Assembly (NCBI GenBank): GCA_022709695.1
Contig: JAKLII010000002.1
Span: 346,955-410,954, forward strand
DNA from: Bacteroidota bacterium
Lineage (GTDB): Bacteria; Bacteroidota; Bacteroidia; Bacteroidales; SKPS01
Length of the DNA: 64,000 nt
Direction of reading: 5' to 3'
The translations under genes and the position numbers were made by a program. Positions within the stretch are counted from its first letter, which is position 1. The number at the start of each line of letters is the position of its first letter. Below the pieces are notes generated by a model. That model had not been told where the DNA came from. It made no database searches and saw only the letters and a program-made list of their open reading frames with translations. Positions 17,255-25,317 of this stretch are shown one piece after another.

Positions 17255-19609
17255 TCAGAAATTAAAATTGTAGGTGATCGCCGGGATGACGGGGAAAAGA
17301 TAGATCATTTCTGCCTCCATGGTACCCGGCTTTTCCTTGCTCTCATCAAAATTGATCAGAAAGGCGTTATGGCGGTTGTAGGCATTGTATACCGAGAAAG
17401 TCCAGGAGCTCTGCCAGCTTCGGTTATTTTTCCGCACCGGATCCCAGGTAACCCCCAGGTCGAGCCGGTGGTAGGACGGCATGCGGTACGAATTGCGGTC
17501 GCTGTAAACGGGGGTAACCACGTTTCCATATACGAACCTGCCAGTGGGGAAGGTGACCGGTGCGCCTGAGGCAAAAACCCAGGTGCCTGATGCGGATATG
17601 GTTGGGGTGATCTGGTAACTGGCAACGATGGAGATATCGTGGGTACGGTCGTACGGCGACAGGTAGGGTTTCCCGTTGTTGATCCAGGGTGACACGCGGG
17701 TGCTTCGGCTAAGGGTATACCCGATCCATCCGGTAAGGTCGCCACGCTGCTTGCGGATCAGGACCTCAATGCCATAAGCCTCCCCTTCGGCTGTACGGAT
17801 CTCCCCTTCGATCTCGGGATTCAGGATCAGTTCCGCATGATCTTTAAAATCAACCTGATCGTACATTTTCTTGTAATACACTTCCACAGAAGTCTCTATG
17901 GTGTTTGTAAAAAAGTTCCTGTAGTAACCGAGAGCCACCTGGTTGGCCGACTGGGGCTTGATGTTGGGGGACGAGGGAAGATAGACATCGAGGGGTGATC
18001 CGATGGTGGAATTGCTGGCCAGATGGATATACTGCAGCGTCCGGTTAAAACTTCCCTTTACCGATGAAGCATCATCCACCAGAAAAACAAAATTCATCCT
18101 GGGCTCCCAGCCGCTGTACCGGTTGAAAATCTCGTTGCGGCGGTATACCGTTGAATCCAACGCTTCGAAATTGCTGTTGAAATTGTACACCACCCCTACC
18201 CCAACGTTTTGGAACATGGTGAACCGTACGCCGTAATTAACTGAAAATCTTTTTCCTAAAGATTGATCGTTGCTGATGTACACACCGTGCTCCAGAGCTC
18301 TGGCTTCGGGAATCTTCAGCTCACCGAAGATCGTTTCATCCCCTTCGCCCCGGGCAATGCCGGGCCAAAAATCGTGGTATGTGGTATGTGCGCCAAACTT
18401 TACGGTGTTGGATGGATTCAGGTACCACACAAAATCCCCTTTAATGGTATGGTCGTCCATCAGCGAAACCCATTCAAACCCCTGCACATCATCCTCAATA
18501 CCAAGCCGGTAATCGTATTTGCTATACACAAAACTGAAATTGGCAAAGATCTTTGGTGAAAACAGATGGTTCCATCTGAGTGAAACGGTATTGTTGCCCC
18601 AGCCCATTTTGAAAGGCGGAAACTCCTCATCCCCTTTGATGCTTACCACATCCCTGCCGTTATAGGCCGACAGGAACAGGCGGTTGTTGTTGTTGATCAC
18701 CAGATTCACCTTGCCATTCAGGTCGTAAAAGTAGAGGCGGTTGTTTTTCAGTTCTTCACGCTTCGAAAGTTTCAGAAACAAATCAGCATAGGATCTGCGC
18801 CCCGATAACATGAAACTGCTGCGATCCTTGATGAGCGGGCCCTCAACGGTCAGTCTGGATGATATGGTGCCAATCCCTCCACGGGCATCAAACCGTTTCA
18901 TATTCCCCTCTTTCTGGTACACCTCCAGCAGTGAGGAGAGCCTTCCGCCATATTTTGCCGGGATATCCCCTTTGTACAGCTTAACCTCCTTGATTGCATC
19001 GTTGTTGAAGATGGAAAAAAAACCGAGAAGGTGGCTGGCATTGTACACCGAAGCTTCATCGAGCAGAATCAGGTTCTGGTCCTTTGAACCTCCCCTTACG
19101 CTGTACCCCGATACCCCCTCCCCGGCAGCCTGCACACCGGGCAGAAGCTGCAGTGCCTTGATCACATCCACCTCCCCTAGAAGCGCAGGGATTTTTTCCA
19201 CTGCCTTCATTTCCATCTTCACTGCCCCCATTTCCCTGGCGGTGATATTCTCATCGGCCTGCACACCGGTCACTGTCACAGCTTTCAACACTGCAGTCCG
19301 TGGTTTCAGCTCGAAATTCAGCGTGGTGTTCTGTTTTAATGAAAGGGTAGTTTTCTCTGTTTCAAAACCTATATAGGAAATCCTGAGATTGTAATTTCCC
19401 GGATCGAGCGATATGGAATAAAACCCGTACAGGTTGGTAATGGTCCCCGACTGGATCTCTTCCACGTATACCGAAGCACCGATCAGCGATTCGCCGCTGG
19501 TGCCATCCTTCACCTGTCCGCTGATGGTAAATTTCCGGGATTCGGCCTGTAAAACCAATGGGGGTATTACCAGAGTAAAAAGCAATAACCAAAGGGTCAG
19601 TTTTTTCAT
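17255..19609 (-). CDS. TonB-dependent receptor with N-terminal carboxypeptidase-regulatory-like domain
   Basis: 784 aa with a signal peptide and a CarboxypepD_reg-like start (FTISGQVKDGTSGESLIGASVYVE...GNYNLRISYIGF). A plug region follows (IKALQLLPGVQAAGEGVSGYSVRGGSKDQNLILLDEASVYN), and the barrel ends in ...PAITYNFNF. Confidence 0.9.
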   Translation of the reverse strand: MKKLTLWLLLFTLVIPPLVLQAESRKFTISGQVKDGTSGESLIGASVYVEEIQSGTITNLYGFYSISLDPGNYNLRISYIGFETEKTTLSLKQNTTLNFELKPRTAVLKAVTVTGVQADENITAREMGAVKMEMKAVEKIPALLGEVDVIKALQLLPGVQAAGEGVSGYSVRGGSKDQNLILLDEASVYNASHLLGFFSIFNNDAIKEVKLYKGDIPAKYGGRLSSLLEVYQKEGNMKRFDARGGIGTISSRLTVEGPLIKDRSSFMLSGRRSYADLFLKLSKREELKNNRLYFYDLNGKVNLVINNNNRLFLSAYNGRDVVSIKGDEEFPPFKMGWGNNTVSLRWNHLFSPKIFANFSFVYSKYDYRLGIEDDVQGFEWVSLMDDHTIKGDFVWYLNPSNTVKFGAHTTYHDFWPGIARGEGDETIFGELKIPEARALEHGVYISNDQSLGKRFSVNYGVRFTMFQNVGVGVVYNFNSNFEALDSTVYRRNEIFNRYSGWEPRMNFVFLVDDASSVKGSFNRTLQYIHLASNSTIGSPLDVYLPSSPNIKPQSANQVALGYYRNFFTNTIETSVEVYYKKMYDQVDFKDHAELILNPEIEGEIRTAEGEAYGIEVLIRKQRGDLTGWIGYTLSRSTRVSPWINNGKPYLSPYDRTHDISIVASYQITPTISASGTWVFASGAPVTFPTGRFVYGNVVTPVYSDRNSYRMPSYHRLDLGVTWDPVRKNNRSWQSSWTFSVYNAYNRHNAFLINFDESKEKPGTMEAEMIYLFPVIPAITYNFNF

Positions 19610-19627
19610 GCAGGGATGATCTGAAGG

Positions 19628-20302
19628 TTAGTTGCTGCCACGGCTCTGGTTGAAGTAACCGAAATAAAATCCGGCACTGAAAAAGGGTCGGCTGAAATGC
19701 TTTTTGTCGTAATAGAGATGCTCCTCCTGCCCGGGATACTGGTATTTTTTATCGATTCCTGCCACGTACCTGTATCCGATCCCAGCATTGAATTTCACCC
19801 AGGGTGCGAGTGACAACTCTCCTTCGAGCTGCGGGGTTATTACGAATATCCTGTCGGTGGCTTTTCTTTCGTCGAGGGGGCCGTATTGAAAAAACTCATC
19901 CACAAGCGATATCTCACCTCCGCCGAGTTTCAGGCTGAAACCCCCATGCAGTGGTTTGTAATGCTGATGGATATACCCGAGCCAGATTCCGCCGTGCTCA
20001 AAATAGAGTTTCGGTCTCGCAATGCCTGTGACGTCCTTCAGATCTTCACGGTAATGCTTTGTGGCCAGTCCCATTCCGTAACCACCGATAAACCAGGTCT
20101 GGTTAATAAGCAGTGCTCCGCCTCCACCATCGTAGAGGTCAAACTTCTGATCGATGCTGCAAAACTCCGCAAGCGGTCCGCCAAACCCCGACAACACAAC
20201 GTTTTCACTTCCAAAGAGAAACCTGGGCTTTTCAGCCTCCTGAGCCAAAAGGGCACCGGGTACCATCAGTGCCAGTATTAAATTGATAATCCATTTTTTC
20301 AT
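19628..20302 (-). CDS. Hypothetical secreted protein, possibly a small outer-membrane beta-barrel
   Basis: Start taken at ATG 20302, giving the signal peptide MKKWIINLILALMVPGALLAQ; the ORF-track extension to 20362 adds no signal peptide. The protein has Gly/aromatic-rich alternating segments and an aromatic C-terminal region (FFSAGFYFGYF). It lies 18 nt upstream of the TonB receptor. No family was recognised. Confidence 0.45.
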   Translation of the reverse strand: MKKWIINLILALMVPGALLAQEAEKPRFLFGSENVVLSGFGGPLAEFCSIDQKFDLYDGGGGALLINQTWFIGGYGMGLATKHYREDLKDVTGIARPKLYFEHGGIWLGYIHQHYKPLHGGFSLKLGGGEISLVDEFFQYGPLDERKATDRIFVITPQLEGELSLAPWVKFNAGIGYRYVAGIDKKYQYPGQEEHLYYDKKHFSRPFFSAGFYFGYFNQSRGSN

Positions 20303-20419
20303 AGCTCTGTGTTTTTTGGATGAATGGATAACAATCAGAATCATATCTGGTTTGATCAACATTCCTCAAAAAATGTTAAACAAAAGGAAAAGGATTAAAG
20401 ATAGTCCTTTTTCGCGGAA

Positions 20420-20660
20420 GAGTCGCTGAGAGGAAAACCTAATCCTGGAGAAATCTCAGCGGGCAAAGCGGTTCTTTTCGCTCTTCAATCATACAAATTT
20501 CGGATTTGTTAGTTATGTGATTTTATCATAAGTACTTATTTTACTGCATTCAGCGTGAATTTTTTTCCCTCGCTGAAATTCGCAGAAATTTCGCTGATAG
20601 ACGCTGAAATAAACTACTGCGGATTTCTGCGGGTTTCCGCGTGAAATTTTTTTGTTTGCT
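20420..20660. repeat. Cluster of degenerate direct and inverted word repeats (CGCTGAAAT / CTGCGGATTTC type)
   Basis: CGCTGAGA (20423) pairs with TCTCAGCG (20454). CGCTGAAAT-like words occur three times between 20570 and 20610. TCGCAGAAAT (20579-20588) is complementary to ATTTCTGCGG (20624-20633). GCGTGAA followed by a T-run occurs twice, at 20553 and 20639. Confidence 0.6.
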
Positions 20661-20696
20661 GAGCCTCTGCAGAGTATTCGCAGTGGCCAAGAGGTG

Positions 20697-20723
20697 TTGA
20701 TCTTTTTGAAAATTGTACATTTG
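20697..20723 (+). promoter_or_regulatory. Candidate Bacteroidota promoter for dcp
   Basis: TACATTTG (20716-20723) matches TAnnTTTG and lies 45 nt upstream of the ATG at 20769. TTG at 20697-20699 lies 16 nt upstream of the -7 box. Confidence 0.4.
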
Positions 20724-20768
20724 TCTGCGAAAAAGCCTTGAATTCACTTAAAAAAACTATACAAAGCA

Positions 20769-22877
20769 ATGAAAAAGCTGACTTTTTTGTCCTTAGCAGC
20801 CGTCATGGCTCTGGCTGCATGCAAAAACCCAAAACCTGAGGAGAAAGTGATGGAAGAGAACCCGTTTTTTACTGAATCGGCGGCTCCGTTTGGTGCGCCT
20901 GAGTTTGATAAAATCAAAACAGAGCATTATCTGCCTGCCTTTACCCAGGGGATGAAGGCCCATGACGATGAGATTGCAACCATCACCGGGAATACCGCCG
21001 CTCCCGACTTTGCCAATACCATTGTGGCGCTGGACGAAGCCGGCGCTTTGCTGGATCGTGTGAGCGAAGTGTTCTTCAATCTGAATGAAGCGGTAACCGA
21101 TTCTGTGATGCAGGCCATTGCTGATTCGGTAACTCCGCTCCTCAGTGCCCATTACGATGCCATTTCGATGAGCGCTCCGCTTTTTGCCAGGGTTAAGGCT
21201 GTGTATGACCGCAAAACGGAACTTGGGCTGAAGGGTGAAGACTCGATGCTGCTCGAAAACACCTGGAAAAACTTTGTTAGAAGCGGTGCATTGCTCAATG
21301 ATGCGCAGAAAGAGGAGCTTAAAGCCATCAATGAAAAGCTGTCGACCCTTACCCTGAAATTCGGACAGAATGTGCTGGACGACAACAATGCTTTCAAAAT
21401 GTTTGTAAAGGAAAAGGAGGAGCTTGCAGGCTTACCCGAAGGGGTGCTCTCGGCAGCATCTGAAGCAGCAAAAGCCGAAGGAAAAGAGGGCGAATACCTC
21501 TTTACCCTGCACTGGCCCAGCCTGTTCCCTTTTCTTACCTATGCCGAAAACAGAGCCCTGAGGGAAAAGATGTACAAGGGCTATACAAACCGTGGTAACC
21601 TTGGCAACGCGGGAGATAACAATACCCTGGTAGCTGAAATTGCCAATCTGCGGCAGAAAAAAGCAGCATTGCTGGGTTTCGAAAGCCATGCTGCATTCGT
21701 CCTCGACCGGAACATGGCCAAAACACCGGCCACCGTGGATGCCCTGCTGGAGAAGCTGTTCCCGATGGCGCTCAAACGTGCCAAAGGGGAACTGGCAGAG
21801 ATGCAGAAACTTATCGATAAGGAGGGTGGAAAATTCAAACTTGCCCCTTGGGACTGGTGGTACTATGCCGAAAAAGTGCGCAAGGCAAAGTACGATCTCG
21901 ATGAAGAGGCCATTCGCCCTTACTTCGTGATGGAAAATGTGCGCGATGGGGCTTTTGACGTGGCCCGGAAACTCTACGGCATCGATTTCAAAAAACGGGA
22001 TGATGTACCGGTGTACCACAAAGAGGTTGAAGTATTTGAAGTGACGGAAAACGGCAACCATATCGGGCTTTTGTACCTCGATTATTACCCGCGCGAAAGC
22101 AAGAGGGGCGGTGCCTGGTGCACCTCGTTCCGCAGCCAGCGGGTCCGCAACGGGAAAAAGATCACTCCTCTGGTTTCGCTGGTGTGCAACTTCAGCAAAC
22201 CTACCGGTGGCAAACCTTCACTGCTGAGCGTGGATGAGGTGGAGACCTTCTTTCATGAGTTCGGCCACGGACTTCATGGCCTGTTCAGCAACGTTACCTA
22301 CGGCGGCACCTCAGGTACCCCGCGCGACTTCGTGGAGCTCCCCTCACAGATTATGGAGAACTGGGCTACAGAACCAGAGGTGATGAAATCGTTTGCAAAG
22401 CATTACCAGACCGGAGAAGTGATCCCCGATGCCCTGATTGCAAAAATGCAGAACAGTCAGCTCTTTAACCAGGGATTTGCTGCCGTGGAGTACATGGCTG
22501 CCTCGATGCTCGACATGGCATACCACAGCGTTAAAGCTCCCATCACCGTGACAGCCTCCGGGTTTGAAGCCGATGTGGTAAAAAGGATCAGGCTGATGAC
22601 CGAAATCGGATTCCGCTACCGCAGCACCTACTTCAATCACATCTTCTCAGGGGGATATTCTGCCGGCTATTACAGTTACCTGTGGTCCGAAATCCTCGAT
22701 GCCGACGCTTTTGAAGCATTTAAGGAGAAAGGGATTTTCGACAAAGCCACCGCCCAGTCGTTCAGAGATAACATCCTTTCCAAAGGGGGCACCATGGATG
22801 CATCGGTGATGTACCGGGCTTTCCGGGGCAAGGATCCTTCGCTGGAACCAGTGATGAAACGGAAAGGGCTGAAGTAG
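20769..22877 (+). CDS. dcp: M3-family peptidyl-dipeptidase / oligopeptidase (Dcp-like), lipoprotein signal
   Basis: 702 aa. A lipobox is present (LAAVMALAAC) together with the zinc motif FFHEFGHGLHGLF and the downstream EIPSQ-like element FVELPSQIMENW. Confidence 0.9.
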   Translation: MKKLTFLSLAAVMALAACKNPKPEEKVMEENPFFTESAAPFGAPEFDKIKTEHYLPAFTQGMKAHDDEIATITGNTAAPDFANTIVALDEAGALLDRVSEVFFNLNEAVTDSVMQAIADSVTPLLSAHYDAISMSAPLFARVKAVYDRKTELGLKGEDSMLLENTWKNFVRSGALLNDAQKEELKAINEKLSTLTLKFGQNVLDDNNAFKMFVKEKEELAGLPEGVLSAASEAAKAEGKEGEYLFTLHWPSLFPFLTYAENRALREKMYKGYTNRGNLGNAGDNNTLVAEIANLRQKKAALLGFESHAAFVLDRNMAKTPATVDALLEKLFPMALKRAKGELAEMQKLIDKEGGKFKLAPWDWWYYAEKVRKAKYDLDEEAIRPYFVMENVRDGAFDVARKLYGIDFKKRDDVPVYHKEVEVFEVTENGNHIGLLYLDYYPRESKRGGAWCTSFRSQRVRNGKKITPLVSLVCNFSKPTGGKPSLLSVDEVETFFHEFGHGLHGLFSNVTYGGTSGTPRDFVELPSQIMENWATEPEVMKSFAKHYQTGEVIPDALIAKMQNSQLFNQGFAAVEYMAASMLDMAYHSVKAPITVTASGFEADVVKRIRLMTEIGFRYRSTYFNHIFSGGYSAGYYSYLWSEILDADAFEAFKEKGIFDKATAQSFRDNILSKGGTMDASVMYRAFRGKDPSLEPVMKRKGLK

Positions 22878-22895
22878 CCATAGCTTACCTGCTGA

Positions 22896-24197
22896 ATGCA
22901 TCCGGAACCGATCACCCTCCTGTGGTTTCGCCGCGACCTGCGGCTGCACGACAACAGGGCGCTTGAGGCAGCTCTTGCTGCCGGGCGGGATGTGTTGCCA
23001 CTGTTCATTTTCGATCGCCATATACTGGACCCGCTGGACAGGGATGATGCACGGGTATCGTTCATCCACCTTACGCTCCATGGGATGCACCGGCAGCTCT
23101 GCGACCACGGATCGGGACTACTGGTTTGCACAGGCACGCCGGCAGAGGTCCTCCAAAGGCTGGTGCAGCAGTATAACATCGGGACCGTATTTGCCGGAGA
23201 GGATTATGAACCATACGGCATTCGCCGCGACCATAAGGTGAAGGAGCTGCTTGCCGGCAGCGGGATTTCACTGCAGCTCATCAAAGATCACCTGATCTTC
23301 AGGCCCGGAGAAGTCCTGAAGGATGACGGGCAGCCCTACACTGTGTATACTCCCTTTATGCGGAAATGGAAGACCCTGTTTCACAAAGAGATGGCAGAAC
23401 CGATTCCTCCAGCAGTGCATGCCGGGAAATGGCATCGGCACGACCCTGAATTTCCTTCCCTGCGGCAGATCGGATTTTCATCCGCAGAAATCACCGTTCC
23501 GGATTGGGATCTTTCTGAGGCAACGCTGCGAAATTACCTCCATACCCGTGATCTTCCCGCACAGGATGGCACCTCCCATGCAGGCCCCCATCTGCGGTTC
23601 GGCAACCTTTCGGTAAGGGAAGCCGTGCGTGCAGCCCTTAAGCACAGCGAAACCTTTCTGAATGAGCTGATCTGGCGGGAATTCTTTGCCCACATCCTGT
23701 GGTATTTCCCTGAGGTGGTCCATCGGAGTTTTAAATCCGCCTTTGAATTTTTTCCATGGGAAAACGACCCGGAAAAGATCAGCAGGTGGATGAACGGCAC
23801 CACCGGATTTCCGCTGGTGGATGCCGGCATGCGGCAACTGGTGAGAACCGGCACCATGCACAACCGGGTCAGGATGGTCACCGCTTCATTTCTGGTGAAA
23901 GATCTGCTGGTGGACTGGCGTATCGGAGAGGCGTTTTTTGCAAGGCACCTACTGGACTTCGAGCTCGCTTCCAACAACGGGAACTGGCAATGGGCCGCCG
24001 GAACCGGTTGCGATGCGGCCCCTTTCTTCCGGATCTTCAATCCCTCGGAACAGCAGCGTAAATTCGATCCGGAGATGGGGTACATACAACACTGGGTCCC
24101 CGAATACGGAACCTCAGCCTACCCCAGGCCAATGGTGGATCATACGGAAGCCAGGAAACATGCCATGCAGATCCTGAAGAGCCTCCGGGATGCATAG
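22896..24197 (+). CDS. Deoxyribodipyrimidine photolyase / cryptochrome family protein
   Basis: 433 aa with the N-terminal photolyase domain LLWFRRDLRLHDNRAL. The FAD-binding domain motifs are TSHAGPHLRFGNLSVRE, WREFF, TGFPLVDAGMRQL..GTMHNRVRM and NNGNWQWAAGTG. Confidence 0.9.
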   Translation: MHPEPITLLWFRRDLRLHDNRALEAALAAGRDVLPLFIFDRHILDPLDRDDARVSFIHLTLHGMHRQLCDHGSGLLVCTGTPAEVLQRLVQQYNIGTVFAGEDYEPYGIRRDHKVKELLAGSGISLQLIKDHLIFRPGEVLKDDGQPYTVYTPFMRKWKTLFHKEMAEPIPPAVHAGKWHRHDPEFPSLRQIGFSSAEITVPDWDLSEATLRNYLHTRDLPAQDGTSHAGPHLRFGNLSVREAVRAALKHSETFLNELIWREFFAHILWYFPEVVHRSFKSAFEFFPWENDPEKISRWMNGTTGFPLVDAGMRQLVRTGTMHNRVRMVTASFLVKDLLVDWRIGEAFFARHLLDFELASNNGNWQWAAGTGCDAAPFFRIFNPSEQQRKFDPEMGYIQHWVPEYGTSAYPRPMVDHTEARKHAMQILKSLRDA

Positions 24198-24220
24198 TTT
24201 AAATCTAGAGAAAATATTTT

Positions 24221-24327
24221 ACGCCAAGACGCAAAGTATAAAAGACCGCAAAGGTGAATACGCTCATTTCCTTTTACGGCAACAGAGGTTACCGGATCAA
24301 CTTTGAGTCTTCGCGCCCCTGCGTGAA
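24221..24327. repeat. REP/MITE-like imperfect inverted repeat downstream of the photolyase gene
   Basis: ACGCCAAGACGCAAAG (24221-24236) is the near reverse complement of CTTTGAGTCTTCGCG (24301-24315), with 2 mismatches. It is followed by CCCCTGCGTGAA. This is the AKTQ...FAPLRE word type seen as intergenic repeats in many Bacteroidota assemblies. Confidence 0.5.
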
Positions 24328-24429
24328 TTATTGTTCAGGTTGGAACAATTTACCAGCATGAACTGTTGGTATATCAATGTTTTATATCAAATATAATTTT
24401 CCCTGGTTCAACCTAAAAGATCATCCCTC

Positions 24430-24918
24430 ATGACACAATCCCCCAATACCACCATACACCGGTACGGTGCCGTCTGGCAACTCCGGTCAGAAACTTTTAT
24501 CCATCGGCCCATAGATCAACTGTGGCCCTTTTTCTCCGATCCACGGAATCTTGAAAAGATCACTCCGGCCACCATGCGCTTCCGGATTCTGACTCCCCTT
24601 CCGGAACGGGCCTATCAGGGCTTAATGATCTCCTACCGGGTTTCTCCCATGACCTGGTTTCGAACCTCGTGGCTCACGGAGATCACTGCGGTGAAAGAAG
24701 GGCGCTATTTTGTGGATGAGCAGCGCAAAGGTCCCTACGCCCTGTGGCATCACGAACACCATTTTGAAGCGTTTGAGGATGGCACCAGATGCACCGACAT
24801 TGTAACGTACCGGGTTCCCTTTGGTATTATCGGACGGGTGGCACACTGCCTTTTTATCAGGAAAAAACTGCTGCAGATCTTCTCCTACCGGGAAAAAATG
24901 TTGCAACAACTTTTATAA
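24430..24918 (+). CDS. SRPBCC (START/Bet v1-like, cyclase/dehydrase) superfamily protein
   Basis: 162 aa. IHRPIDQLWPFFSDPRNLEKITP and GPYALWHHEHHFE are typical of the SRPBCC ligand-binding family. Confidence 0.65.
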   Translation: MTQSPNTTIHRYGAVWQLRSETFIHRPIDQLWPFFSDPRNLEKITPATMRFRILTPLPERAYQGLMISYRVSPMTWFRTSWLTEITAVKEGRYFVDEQRKGPYALWHHEHHFEAFEDGTRCTDIVTYRVPFGIIGRVAHCLFIRKKLLQIFSYREKMLQQLL

Positions 24919-24949
24919 ACTGTCAACTTAGTACGGTCCCCTTCTCCTA

Positions 24950-25163
24950 AATACTCACACTGTTGCTCACACTCTTCCTGTCCCCTTTGCACTGTCCCCT
25001 ATAGCCTCACCTCACCCCCCAACCCCCTCTCCTGAAGGAGAGGGGGAGTAAAAACACCCAACCTCCTAAGCTATAATAATGACACCCCTCCGGGGTTTTT
25101 CCCTCAATACTCACACTGTTGCTTCCACTCTTCCTTTCCCCTGTTCCTTTTGCACTGTCCCCT
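24950..25163. repeat. Pair of 51/58-bp direct repeats bracketing a GC hairpin
   Basis: Copy 1 (24950-25000) reads AATACTCACACTGTTGCTCACACTCTTCCTGTCCCCTTTGCACTGTCCCCT. Copy 2 (25106-25163) is the same with 3 substitutions and a 7-nt insertion. Between them lies a perfect hairpin, CCCCCTCTCC-TGAA-GGAGAGGGGG (25023-25046). Confidence 0.8.
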
Positions 25164-25260
25164 GTCTCCTGTCCCCTGTCTCCTGTCCCCTGTCTCCTGT
25201 CTCCTGTCCCCTGTCTCCTGTCCCCTGTCTCCTGTCCCCTGTCTCCTGTCCCCTGTCCCC
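25156..25260. repeat. Microsatellite of 15 tandem 7-bp units, TGTC(C/T)CC
   Basis: Counted directly as 105 nt, or 15 units, in the order C T C T C T T C T C T C T C C (C = TGTCCCC, T = TGTCTCC). The plus strand contains no A and has one G per unit. It starts inside copy 2 of the flanking direct repeat. Confidence 0.95.
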
Positions 25261-25262
25261 TT

Positions 25263-25303
25263 AAAAGAAAAGAGCGCCCCGGTCAGGAGCGCTCTTTTCT
25301 TTT
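25263..25303 (-). terminator. Intrinsic terminator of the giant T9SS gene, structurally bidirectional
   Basis: A perfect 15-bp stem pairs AAAAGAAAAGAGCGC (25263-25277) with GCGCTCTTTTCTTTT (25289-25303) across an 11-nt loop. The GC core has T-rich flanks on both strands. It begins 15 nt after the stop codon at 25318. Confidence 0.8.
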
Positions 25304-25317
25304 AGTTTTCCGGCAGA

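Noticed and set aside
20303-20768. Considered a cobalamin or other riboswitch in front of the TonB-receptor array.
   Set aside because: I found no B12-box-like core or other riboswitch consensus. The structure is better explained by dispersed word repeats.
25156-25260. Considered a CRISPR-like array.
   Set aside because: The unit is 7 bp with no unique spacers, no repeat of CRISPR length and no cas genes in the window.
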